A DNA stretch of 64,000 nucleotides. Source: Candidatus Gastranaerophilales bacterium (GTDB lineage Bacteria > Cyanobacteriota > Vampirovibrionia > Gastranaerophilales > Gastranaerophilaceae). The DNA lies in assembly GCA_944326615.1 (NCBI GenBank), contig CALVEO010000005.1, forward strand, positions 294 through 64,293, read 5' to 3'. Positions 8,938 through 18,020 of the stretch are shown here, piece after piece. A program made the position numbers and the translations under genes. Position 1 is the first letter of the stretch; the number at the start of each line of letters is the position of its first letter. The notes beneath the pieces are model-generated. The model did no database searches. It saw nothing but the letters and a program-made list of their open reading frames with translations, and was not told the DNA's origin.

Positions 8938-9255
8938 TTATGTGTTAATAAAATATTTATAAAACCTGTATAACTGTTTAATCTCCTCGTCAGTCAGATT
9001 GTCCAAAGCTAATTCGGCTTTCATTTCTTCAATAGAGACAAAAGTGTCAAATCTAAAGAAATCCTGAACTTTAACATCAAGCACCTCTGCAAGTTTTGCA
9101 AGCGTCTGTGCTGTAACAAAGCTTTCGCCGCGTTCGATTTTACCCATATTTGTAACAGCAATATCTATTTTTTCGGCTAATTCTTCCTGGGATAGTTTTC
9201 GTTTTTGCCTTATAAGTTTAACGCGTTTGCCAAATCTTGCTTTTAAATCATCCAT
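8938..9255 (-). CDS. XRE-family helix-turn-helix regulator
   Basis: FGKRVKLIRQKRKLSQEELAEKIDI...MGKIERGE. Confidence 0.9.
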   Translation of the reverse strand: MDDLKARFGKRVKLIRQKRKLSQEELAEKIDIAVTNMGKIERGESFVTAQTLAKLAEVLDVKVQDFFRFDTFVSIEEMKAELALDNLTDEEIKQLYRFYKYFINT

Positions 9256-9445
9256 AAAATCTCCTTTACAAAGTTTAAATTGTATTGAAGAACTATTAAA
9301 CTATATAAAAGATAATATTTAGTATTGGCATATTATCTTTAACATGATAATTTATATATTAAAGAATGTTTTTGTTTTTAAAATCCTATTTTAAAAATCT
9401 TAAAACATTTTTGTAGGAGTAGCAAAAAAAAGAAGGAGAAAAATT

Positions 9446-9658
9446 ATGTCAACAACAAATGACAGAACAGCTCAACAGCAGAACCCAACAGATGATGATT
9501 TGAATCAGGATCAGGATCAACAGCAAACTGATGACGCAGGTAGTGGAGAACTTGGAACCGGTGGCGAAATGACTTTTACCCCTGCAAGCGGTTATATGAA
9601 GTTTAACCCGCGCAAATATGACAGAATACTTGGTGATATGCTCGATTTAACAAAGTAA
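9446..9658 (+). CDS. Small acidic Q/D-rich hypothetical protein
   Basis: 70-aa ORF with a strong AGGAG RBS, divergent from the XRE gene. Confidence 0.6.
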   Translation: MSTTNDRTAQQQNPTDDDLNQDQDQQQTDDAGSGELGTGGEMTFTPASGYMKFNPRKYDRILGDMLDLTK

Positions 9659-9668
9659 AAAAATTAAT

Positions 9669-10022
9669 TTATTTTTTATCCAGAACTTTAATCAAATGCC
9701 AGCCAAATTGTGTATAAACAGGTTTTGAAACTTCTCCGACAGGTGTTTCAAAGGCAGCTTTTTCAAATTCCCTCACCATTTGTCCGCGTCCGAAATATCC
9801 TAAGTCACCTCCGTTTTGGCCGGATGGACAAAGAGAATATGCTCTTGCATAATATTCAAAATCGCCGCCGTCATCAATTGCTTTTTTAATCTCCTGAGCC
9901 TGTGCAGCCGTTTTTACAAGGATGTGTTCCGCATGAACCTGAGTGTATTCTTCTGCCGAGACAACACCTGTTAACAAAAATACCATTACTAATAATTTAC
10001 AAATATTTTTTATCATATACAT
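9669..10022 (-). CDS. Parvulin-type peptidyl-prolyl isomerase (PpiC family), secreted
   Basis: HAEHILVKT, SLCPSGQNGGDLGYFGRGQMVREFEKAAF, TQFGWHLIKV. Confidence 0.92.
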   Translation of the reverse strand: MYMIKNICKLLVMVFLLTGVVSAEEYTQVHAEHILVKTAAQAQEIKKAIDDGGDFEYYARAYSLCPSGQNGGDLGYFGRGQMVREFEKAAFETPVGEVSKPVYTQFGWHLIKVLDKK

Positions 10023-10051
10023 ATCCTATCTTTAATTTTCATTTTTACATA

Positions 10052-10708
10052 TTACCCTGCAGGGCTAACCCTGTTACGCCCGTTTTTTTTCGCTTCATAC
10101 AAAGCTTTATCCGCATCATCAAACATTTCCCAGGGTGTTTCAAATCCCGTATTCGAGCTTACACCGATACTTACGGTAACTTTTAAATCTCCCCCGCGGA
10201 ATTTAAAATTGTAATTTTCAATAAGTTTTCTTAATCTTTCAAGTGGAACAACTGCCGTTTCAGCAGGAGTTTCCGTCAATATTACAGCAAATTCTTCACC
10301 GCCGTATCTGAAAACCATATCAGTCTGTCTGAAATTTTGAAGCATGTTATAGGCAAGCTCGCGAAGTACATAATCTCCGCAGGAATGCCCGTATGTATCG
10401 TTAAATTGTTTAAAAAAGTCAATATCTATAATAGCCAGACTCAGCGGGCTGTTGTAACGTTTTGCGCGCATGTATTCGCGTTCAAAATTACTCTCGAAAT
10501 GCCTGCGGTTATATAATTTTGTCAATGTATCAGTAACAGACATGTGTATTGTACTTGAGTACATAAAATTAATCTTTTTGATAACCTCGGTTTTGTTTGC
10601 ATCAGGAATATCAAAATTTCTGATAATATCTTCTATATTTTGCTGAATTTTATCCAATACATCAGATGGGATTTCAAAATTCGCAGGTTTTATATCTAAA
10701 TTTTCCAT
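10052..10708 (-). CDS. Diguanylate cyclase (GGEEF)
   Basis: DTLTKLYNRR, IDIDFFKQFNDTYGH, RxxD I-site (RQTD) before RYGGEEF. Confidence 0.93.
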   Translation of the reverse strand: MENLDIKPANFEIPSDVLDKIQQNIEDIIRNFDIPDANKTEVIKKINFMYSSTIHMSVTDTLTKLYNRRHFESNFEREYMRAKRYNSPLSLAIIDIDFFKQFNDTYGHSCGDYVLRELAYNMLQNFRQTDMVFRYGGEEFAVILTETPAETAVVPLERLRKLIENYNFKFRGGDLKVTVSIGVSSNTGFETPWEMFDDADKALYEAKKNGRNRVSPAG

Positions 10709-10760
10709 AACCTTTCACCTTATTACATAATAACAAAAATATTGAACGCAATCCATTTTT

Positions 10761-11363
10761 TTGTTAAAATTAATGAGAATTATGAAACTGACAGCGCAAG
10801 AGATGCTTAACAAATTTTCAAATAATTCTTCACATCCGATTGAAGTGCGAAGACTCGCTTTAATGATTTTTAACGAGGCTGACAAAAAAATTTTTGAAAT
10901 GGGGAAAAGAGAAAAAGAATACCTTGAAACTGCTGCATTACTGCATGACATAGGATATTTTAAAGAAGCAAAAGGACACAACAAACATTCAATGCACATG
11001 ATTATTGAAAACGGCCTTGAAGGTTTTACACAGCAGGAAACGAAAATTATAGGATGTATATGCAGATACCATAGAGGCGGTCTGCCAGATAAAATTGAAC
11101 ATGAAATATACAACACGCTTGAAAAACAAGAAAGAAAAATTGTCAAACGTCTCGGCGGAATTTTAAAACTTGCCGACGGACTCGATAAAGATCATATAAA
11201 ATTAATTGATGATATAAAAATAGATTATGATTTCAAAAATCAAATTGCAGAATTTATCATTTTTGCCCCGCGTCGAAAACCTGATATTAGAGCAGCAATA
11301 AGAAAAAGGGATTTGTTTGAAACAGGTTTTAAATGCCAGAGTGTAATAAAATTCAGCGATTAA
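10761..11363 (+). CDS. Stand-alone HD-domain protein similar to the Ppx/GppA C-terminal domain
   Basis: H..EVRRLALMIF, AALLHDIG, HNKHSMHMI, RYHRG, ILKLADGLD. Start uncertain (ATG at 10773 or 10782). Confidence 0.75.
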   Translation: MLKLMRIMKLTAQEMLNKFSNNSSHPIEVRRLALMIFNEADKKIFEMGKREKEYLETAALLHDIGYFKEAKGHNKHSMHMIIENGLEGFTQQETKIIGCICRYHRGGLPDKIEHEIYNTLEKQERKIVKRLGGILKLADGLDKDHIKLIDDIKIDYDFKNQIAEFIIFAPRRKPDIRAAIRKRDLFETGFKCQSVIKFSD

Positions 11364-11504
11364 CATATTGTAAATTTTTTGTTACATTTCTCTTATTTTT
11401 GTAACATTTCTTCATGAAAAATACTTTATATATATAGGGAAAAAAATGAAAGGCTTGCTACAATCCGGAATTATAAACGGAAAGTCGTAAGATATGGTAA
11501 AATC

Positions 11505-11786
11505 ATGAGTTTCGATGTTAATGTTTTGAGCACAAAACCGGTAATCAAAGCAGCGGCATCCATGCAAAATGACGGCGGTGCCGGAAATCTCGGTTACATG
11601 GCTCAAGGGGAAAAAGAAGAAAAAAAGGAAAGAAAATATTTAGATGAAAGCATCTTTATGAAAAAAGATGAAGGCGATATTTTCTCTTTCGACAAAGAGC
11701 CTGAAATGCCTGAAGAAAAATCACCGCTTTCAAAATTTATTGAACAAATTGTTTCTGTATTCAAAACTTTGTTAGGAAAAAAGTAA
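11505..11786 (+). CDS. Hypothetical protein
   Basis: 93-aa ORF with plausible composition and no recognisable family. Confidence 0.55.
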   Translation: MSFDVNVLSTKPVIKAAASMQNDGGAGNLGYMAQGEKEEKKERKYLDESIFMKKDEGDIFSFDKEPEMPEEKSPLSKFIEQIVSVFKTLLGKK

Positions 11787-11799
11787 AAATTAAAAATGC

Positions 11800-12111
11800 T
11801 TATATCAAATCTTTTGTAACTTTATAGAGCATTTGCAGATGTTTAGTGTCTAATAATTTGATTATTGTAATTAACCTTTCTTCCTGTTGTTCTCTTGTCA
11901 TGTCATAATCAAAATCAAACAACTCGGAATAACCTACATTTAATGCGGCTGCTAATTTTTCTATAACATCACAGGAAGGAAAACTCTTTGCAGTCTCAAG
12001 AATTGAAATATAGCGGAAATCGACTCCGACCATTTCAGCTAATTGCTCTTGCGTCAATTTTCTTGATTTTCTTAAATATTTCAAATTACTTGCAAATTTT
12101 TCTTTAAACAT
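11800..12111 (-). CDS. XRE-family helix-turn-helix regulator
   Basis: LKYLRKSRKLTQEQLAEMVGVDFRYISILE; RBS AGAGGA. Confidence 0.9.
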   Translation of the reverse strand: MFKEKFASNLKYLRKSRKLTQEQLAEMVGVDFRYISILETAKSFPSCDVIEKLAAALNVGYSELFDFDYDMTREQQEERLITIIKLLDTKHLQMLYKVTKDLI

Positions 12112-12259
12112 AAATCCTCTTATATAGTGTATAAATTAATTTATAATTTTATTACTAAATAATTTAAAGAATTATATTGACATTTTTCTAATTAATATAT
12201 AGAATTTCATGTTGTAATTAAGAATTACATCATTGAATTTCAATATTTGACTTAGTAAA

Positions 12260-13096
12260 ATGACAAAAATTAGCGTAATTATACCTGTATATAACAGCGA
12301 AAAATTTCTTAAAAAATGTTTAGACAGCATAATTAATCAAACCTTAAATGATATAGAAATTATCTGTATAGATGACGGATCAACGGATAAAAGCCTTAGA
12401 ATTCTGAACAATTTTGCAGATAAAGACAATCGTATTACAATTATCAATCAGAAAAATTCAGGGCCTTCCGCTGCAAGAAATAAAGGGATTGAAAATGCAA
12501 AAGGTGAATATATTGGTTTTGTAGACTCAGATGACTGGATTGATTTGGATTTTTATGAAAAACTATATAACAGTGCAAAAAAACACGATGCTGATGTTGC
12601 CGTATGTGGAATAAAACGCCTGAGAAGCTGCAAATGGAAATATCATCTTAAAATAGAAAAAGAAGAATTTACAACCGATACAAACAAAAAATTGGTACTC
12701 TGTGATGTACCTGATAAATGTTATGTATGGAATAAAATTTATAAATTGCAAAAACTGATAGAGAAGAATATAAACTTTGAACAGGGAGTTTATTTTGAGG
12801 ACAGATGTTTTACTGCAGAGGTGCTTGTATATTTAAAATCTCTTGTTACTGTACCTGATGTATACTACAATTACTGGACAAACCATAATTCTATTGTGAA
12901 GACAAAATCTGATAAAAAAATACAGGATTCCAAATACACAAAAGAAAAAATGATGAAGTTTTTAAATGACCATGATATTCATATAATTCATAAAATTAAA
13001 AAGTTCAAACTTTTCGGGCTTACATATTTAAAGATAAAATATTACAGAGATAAAAAAGAAATAAAATTATTTAATATAATTAAAATAAACGTTTAA
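12260..13096 (+). CDS. Glycosyltransferase family 2
   Basis: ISVIIPVYNSEKFL, IDDGSTD, GPSAARNKGI, FVDSDD. Confidence 0.95.
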   Translation: MTKISVIIPVYNSEKFLKKCLDSIINQTLNDIEIICIDDGSTDKSLRILNNFADKDNRITIINQKNSGPSAARNKGIENAKGEYIGFVDSDDWIDLDFYEKLYNSAKKHDADVAVCGIKRLRSCKWKYHLKIEKEEFTTDTNKKLVLCDVPDKCYVWNKIYKLQKLIEKNINFEQGVYFEDRCFTAEVLVYLKSLVTVPDVYYNYWTNHNSIVKTKSDKKIQDSKYTKEKMMKFLNDHDIHIIHKIKKFKLFGLTYLKIKYYRDKKEIKLFNIIKINV

Positions 13097-13168
13097 TTAA
13101 ACTCTTTACAAATAAATTTCACGTATTAAAATAAGCGTGTTACCCCGATAGTATAAAAGGAGAGCTTT

Positions 13169-13543
13169 ATGAAAATAGGATTTAAACCCCAAAAACTGGT
13201 ACAAAATCTTGTGCTTGAAAAATTTGCCGATAACGGAAATACGTTAAAAAGAATTATTGAAATTCCCGGTAAAAAAGCAAAAACAGTAGAAATAACTTAC
13301 AATAAAACAAATTTTATACCAACACAATGGTATGTAGCAAATTATAATGTTATGAAAAGAGACAGTCATAGTACACTTGTAAAGTCAATGAGTTCAACAA
13401 AAAGTTTTCCTGATGATGTTCACACAACAATTCAAAGGTTCGGGAGAACAGGAAAACCGGAAGAGCTTACAATTGATATTTCTAATGGAGAAGTTAACAA
13501 AACCGTAAAACCGATTAAAAATATTGAAAGAGCCGGAATTTAA
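13169..13543 (+). CDS. Hypothetical protein
   Basis: 124-aa ORF with an AGGAG RBS. Confidence 0.6.
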   Translation: MKIGFKPQKLVQNLVLEKFADNGNTLKRIIEIPGKKAKTVEITYNKTNFIPTQWYVANYNVMKRDSHSTLVKSMSSTKSFPDDVHTTIQRFGRTGKPEELTIDISNGEVNKTVKPIKNIERAGI

Positions 13544-13556
13544 ATTCCGGTTTTTT
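13533..13556 (+). terminator. Intrinsic terminator overlapping the stop codon
   Basis: Perfect palindrome CCGGAATTTAAATTCCGG followed by T6. Confidence 0.7.
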
Positions 13557-13597
13557 AATATATATTAAAAAATCGATATTTATGTTATCATTTTTTT

Positions 13598-14866
13598 ATG
13601 AAAAATAAAATAAAAATCGGACTTATAGGACTCGGCACAGTCGGCTCAGGCGTATTTAAAACTCTAAAAAATTTTGATAATATAGAAATCGCAAAGATTG
13701 CGGTCAAAAATATTAACAAACCGCGTAATATTGAAGGGCTTGATAACTCTCTGCTAACTGATAACCCTTGTGAAATTGTTAAAAACCCTGATATTGATAT
13801 TGTTGTAGAACTTATAGGAGGGCTTGAGCCTGCGTTTGATTTGATTGCAGAAGCGCTGAAAAACGGCAAACATATTGTTACCGCAAACAAAGAACTTCTG
13901 GCCAAACGCGGTGAAGAAATTTTTGCGATAGCTGAAAAATATAATAAAGTAATTCTATATGAAGCCGCAATTGCAGGCGGTATTCCGATTATCATGCCGG
14001 TTAAAACAATTCTTGCAGGCAACAAGATTAACCATATTGAAGCTATCGTAAACGGAACAACAAATTATATTCTTACAAAAATGGATGTTGAAAGTGCGCA
14101 ATATGCAGATGTTTTGAAGGAAGCACAAAAACTCGGGTACGCAGAAGCTGATCCCACAGGTGATGTTGAAGGTTTTGATGCGGCATATAAAATCGCGACT
14201 CTTGCATCAATTACCTTTAACAAACGAATAAAAATTGAAAATGTTTATCGTGAAGGAATTACAAAAATCCGCGCAGAAGATATGAAATCAGCAAACGACT
14301 TAGGGTACAAAATTAAACTTATAGCTTCTGCACATCTCAACAATAATGGCGAAGCTGATGTAAGGGTTCATCCTATGCTTGTTTCAAAAAAATCAACCCT
14401 TGCACATATTGATTATGTAACAAATGCTGTTTCTTTAAGCGGACATCCTGTCGGAAGCATTACTCTTTCAGGCCCGGGCGCGGGAGAATTTCCGACGGCA
14501 AGCTCGGTTGTCGGTGATATTCTTGCAATAGCCGCGGAATTAAATACATCGGATTATATTCTGCCGATGATGAGATGCAGACATTCCGAAGATGCTGTAA
14601 TGGTTAATATAGAAGATACAATTAACAAATATTATATATCAATTAACGCGCATAATAACAAAGGTGTTATAGGAAAAATAGGAACAATTTGTGCAAATCA
14701 TGACATTAGTCTTGCAAGTATTGTTCAAAGATGCGTTTCTGACGACAATACAGCAGATATTACCGTAATCACCGAACTTGTAAAAGAAGAAAATATGCGA
14801 AATGCGATAAAATTGATTGAAGCTGACGGGAATAAGGTTAACAGCCTTATAAGAGTACAGGTCTAA
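13598..14866 (+). CDS. hom: Homoserine dehydrogenase with C-terminal ACT domain
   Basis: GLIGLGTVGSG, VTANKELLA, EAAIAGGIPII, NGTTNYIL, GYAEADP, GPGAGEFPTASSV. Confidence 0.97.
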   Translation: MKNKIKIGLIGLGTVGSGVFKTLKNFDNIEIAKIAVKNINKPRNIEGLDNSLLTDNPCEIVKNPDIDIVVELIGGLEPAFDLIAEALKNGKHIVTANKELLAKRGEEIFAIAEKYNKVILYEAAIAGGIPIIMPVKTILAGNKINHIEAIVNGTTNYILTKMDVESAQYADVLKEAQKLGYAEADPTGDVEGFDAAYKIATLASITFNKRIKIENVYREGITKIRAEDMKSANDLGYKIKLIASAHLNNNGEADVRVHPMLVSKKSTLAHIDYVTNAVSLSGHPVGSITLSGPGAGEFPTASSVVGDILAIAAELNTSDYILPMMRCRHSEDAVMVNIEDTINKYYISINAHNNKGVIGKIGTICANHDISLASIVQRCVSDDNTADITVITELVKEENMRNAIKLIEADGNKVNSLIRVQV

Positions 14867-14871
14867 TAAAA

Positions 14872-14948
14872 ACCCCTCACCCGAATTTCTAACTTTCGCC
14901 TCAGCTCAAGTTGAAATTCTGCCCTCTCACAGAGAGAGAGGGCGTGTT
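14872..14948 (+). repeat. Left inverted repeat of the DUF559 cassette (double-hairpin palindrome)
   Basis: CCCTCACCCGAATTTC-[23 nt]-GAAATTCTGCCCTCTCACAGAGAGAGAGGGC; inverted copy at 15327-15404. Confidence 0.9.
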
Positions 14949-15309
14949 ATTCAATATTGTTATATGTTTCAATTATTGAATTTAATACTTCTTCGATATT
15001 ATTAATAACATCATTATCAAAAAATCTAATAACTTTATAACCGTTTTGATTAAGAAATTCTGTTCTTGTTTTATCATATTCAACATATTTTTCATCAATA
15101 TGCTGTGAACCATCGAGTTCAATGACAAGTTTCTTACTTAAATTTAAGAAATCAACAATATATTTCCCTATTGGCACCTGGCGTCTGAATTTTATATTGT
15201 TTAATCTTTTTCCCCGCAAATACTGCCATAGAATATTCTCACAATCTGTTTGATTTATTCTAAGATCTTTTGCATAATTTAAAGATTTTTGGGTATAATG
15301 TCGTGTCAT
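14947..15309 (-). CDS. DUF559 / Vsr-like PD-(D/E)XK endonuclease
   Basis: AKDLRINQTDCENILWQYLR...KFRRQVPIGKYIVDF...LVIELDGSQH...GYKVIRF. Confidence 0.92.
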   Translation of the reverse strand: MTRHYTQKSLNYAKDLRINQTDCENILWQYLRGKRLNNIKFRRQVPIGKYIVDFLNLSKKLVIELDGSQHIDEKYVEYDKTRTEFLNQNGYKVIRFFDNDVINNIEEVLNSIIETYNNIE

Positions 15310-15326
15310 AATAATATAATATCACA

Positions 15327-15404
15327 AACATGCCCTCTCTCCCTGTGAGAGGGCAGAATTTCGCCTTTGTCTGAAGGAGAAAGGCTGAAATTCGGGTGAG
15401 GGTT
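15327..15404 (-). repeat. Right inverted repeat of the DUF559 cassette
   Basis: Reverse complement: CCCTCACCCGAATTTC-[24 nt]-GAAATTCTGCCCTCTCACAGGGAGAGAGGGC. It matches the left copy at 16/16 and 30/31 in the conserved blocks. Confidence 0.9.
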
Positions 15405-15464
15405 AAAATATAAATTGCCTTCTTTTATTTTTTATATTAAAATTAAAAAAAAAGAGGACAATAT

Positions 15465-16517
15465 ATGTATTACAAGGGTTTGATAAACACATTCAGAGAA
15501 TATTTGCCGGTAACAGATAAAACTCCTGTTATCACACTTAATGAAGGCAACACACCGCTGATTAAGGCTGATAATCTTGCAAAAAAAATAGGTTTAGAGG
15601 CTGAAATTTATTTAAAATTTGAAGGCTGCAACCCGACAGGGAGTTTTAAAGACCGCGGTATGACAATGGCAGTATCCAAGGCAAAAGAAGATGGTTCTGA
15701 TGCCATAATCTGTGCTTCAACAGGTAATACATCAGCCTCTGCCGCTGCATACGGCGCGAAAGCAGGAATGAGAACGTTTGTATTAATCCCCGACGGCTAC
15801 ATAGCACTGGGAAAACTCTCTCAGGCAATGATGTACGGAGCAGAAATTATTGCAATACAAGGGAATTTTGACGAAGCTCTTGAAATGGTTCGAAAAATTT
15901 CCGATAACTACCCGATTACCCTTGTAAATTCAGTAAACCCTTATAGAATTGAAGGCCAGAAAACCGGTGCTTTTGAAATTTGTAATGCACTGGGGCAGGC
16001 ACCCGACTATCACTTTATCCCTGTCGGAAATGCCGGTAACATTACTGCTTACTGGAAGGGCTACAAACAATGGCATGAAGCAGGAAAAATTTCTTCTTTA
16101 CCTAAAATGATGGGATTTGAAGCGGAAGGAGCCGCCGCAATTGTTAAAGGAGAAAGGATTATGCATCCTGAAACTCTTGCAACGGCAATCCGTATAGGAA
16201 ATCCTGCAAGCTGGAAATTTGCAGAAGCCGCAAGAGATGAAAGCAAGGGTATGATAAATTTTGTAACCGATGAAGAAATAGTAAAAGCTTACAAAATGAT
16301 AGCATCAACCGAAGGCATACTTGCAGAACCCGCGAGCGCAGCATCTGTAGCAGGCTTAATCAAAGTTAAAGATAAAATTAAAGAAGGAACAAAAATTGTC
16401 TGCATATTAACAGGCAACGGTTTAAAAGATCCTGATAATGCAATTAAATATTCAAATTCAGATGTTAAAAAGACACCTGTCGATATGACAGAAATTCTAA
16501 AGGCAATGAAAATATAA
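15465..16517 (+). CDS. thrC: Threonine synthase
   Basis: [50 protein letters not shown]. Confidence 0.97.
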   Translation: MYYKGLINTFREYLPVTDKTPVITLNEGNTPLIKADNLAKKIGLEAEIYLKFEGCNPTGSFKDRGMTMAVSKAKEDGSDAIICASTGNTSASAAAYGAKAGMRTFVLIPDGYIALGKLSQAMMYGAEIIAIQGNFDEALEMVRKISDNYPITLVNSVNPYRIEGQKTGAFEICNALGQAPDYHFIPVGNAGNITAYWKGYKQWHEAGKISSLPKMMGFEAEGAAAIVKGERIMHPETLATAIRIGNPASWKFAEAARDESKGMINFVTDEEIVKAYKMIASTEGILAEPASAASVAGLIKVKDKIKEGTKIVCILTGNGLKDPDNAIKYSNSDVKKTPVDMTEILKAMKI

Positions 16518-16519
16518 CT

Positions 16520-17065
16520 TTATTTTCCTCTTAAATCTTCGGTAATAATTCCGCCTGAACCTCGGTCAATTTCACGTTTAATTGGTTTGTCGTTTTCGTC
16601 ATACCATGTTTTTACGGCACCGCGTTCAACAATTTTTTCAATCCTTTTTCCGCTTTCTTCATACTGCATATAAGTTGTAATATTTCCCGGAAAAGAAGTA
16701 ATTACTTCTGTTTTTTTTTGTCCGTTGTCATAGTAGTCGTAGTCATACTCGTCTTTTGTCGCAAGAACATTATGCTCATCATAAACAGAATCATTTTTAT
16801 AAATCATTTTACCGAATTCGTCATAATGATGGCAGATTTCAAAATTTCTATCCCGCGCATAATCCATGATAAGACGGTTTTGTTTGTTGTAGCTCCTGAA
16901 AATCAAAGCTCCGTCAGGACATTTTTCATAAACAGACAGCCCGAATTCCGTCTGCTGCTCAATAACCTGAGTTCCGTCGGGCTTTATATAAGAAGGCGCC
17001 ATCGGGTCTTTATTTTCTTTTTTTTCAAACGGGTTTACAAAAAAACTTTTAGCCATAATATTCAT
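16520..17065 (-). CDS. Hypothetical protein with YD-like beta-hairpin repeats
   Basis: HYDEFGKM, YDYYDNGQK, YEESGKR, WYDENDK repeats. Confidence 0.55.
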   Translation of the reverse strand: MNIMAKSFFVNPFEKKENKDPMAPSYIKPDGTQVIEQQTEFGLSVYEKCPDGALIFRSYNKQNRLIMDYARDRNFEICHHYDEFGKMIYKNDSVYDEHNVLATKDEYDYDYYDNGQKKTEVITSFPGNITTYMQYEESGKRIEKIVERGAVKTWYDENDKPIKREIDRGSGGIITEDLRGK

Positions 17066-17135
17066 TATAACGTAAAAAATTCCTATAACTTTAATTTAAT
17101 CCTCTATTTGAATTAAATTATGGTATAATTTTGTT

Positions 17136-18020
17136 ATGAAAAAGTTTGTCTTGTTGTGTTTAATATTACCAAGCATTGCGGTCAGCGCAAACGAAATAAC
17201 CGAAGATTATTTTGATATAGCTTCCAATTATGCTGCTTACGGTCAGTATAAAGAAGCAATGACTTATATTGATAAAATACTTGAGATTGAACCTTCAAAT
17301 AGCGAAGCACAAGATATTAAAGCTATTCTTACACGTATTACAAACCCTGTTAATAAATCATATCTTACAACAACTGATAAAACAATACGCGAAGCACAAA
17401 ACTTCAAAAAGCAGGGCGAAAAATCCAAACAAATTGAAACTCTTTCAAATACATCAAATGATTTTTGGGCAATGTATTCTCTTGCAGAATTGTATCGTGA
17501 TAACAATGAATTTCAAAATGCAGTAAGCTTTTACAAAAAAGCTTCTGCCCTAAAACCTGATTTTTCGCAGAGTTATCTGGGGCTTGCTATTGCTTATAAA
17601 AATATGAAAGATTACAATAATGCACTGAATGCATTAAATAAATATTTAACATACAACAGGGAATCAGATATTGCATACGCAATGCGGGCTGAAACTAATA
17701 TGCATTTGAATAATCTGCCGCAAGCTGAAAAAGATATTAAACAGGCTCTGGGAATAGAAGAAAATATTTCATATTTATTAACAGAAGCTAAAATTCTTTA
17801 TGCTAAAGGAGATTATGAAGAGGCAAAAAGAAAATTTGAACTCCTTTCAAAAAATATTCAAACCTCAGAGGTTTACAAATATTTGGGTTTATGCGATTAT
17901 TCATTGAACAATCTTGCAAGTGCTCTTCTTAATATTGATAAAGCAATCATTCTCTCAAATGATACCAAAGAACTTGATGACAAATATAACGAAATAAAAA
18001 CCATACTGGATAAACAATGA
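17136..18020 (+). CDS. Secreted tetratricopeptide-repeat protein
   Basis: Signal peptide; TPR-like helices (YKKASALKPDFSQSYLGLA). Confidence 0.85.
   Translation: MKKFVLLCLILPSIAVSANEITEDYFDIASNYAAYGQYKEAMTYIDKILEIEPSNSEAQDIKAILTRITNPVNKSYLTTTDKTIREAQNFKKQGEKSKQIETLSNTSNDFWAMYSLAELYRDNNEFQNAVSFYKKASALKPDFSQSYLGLAIAYKNMKDYNNALNALNKYLTYNRESDIAYAMRAETNMHLNNLPQAEKDIKQALGIEENISYLLTEAKILYAKGDYEEAKRKFELLSKNIQTSEVYKYLGLCDYSLNNLASALLNIDKAIILSNDTKELDDKYNEIKTILDKQ

Noticed and set aside
10715-14025. Minus-strand ORFs 10715-11146, 11412-11606, 12563-12751 and 13588-14025
   Set aside because: Antisense to better-supported genes (HD protein, the 11505 ORF, GT2, hom), with no motifs.
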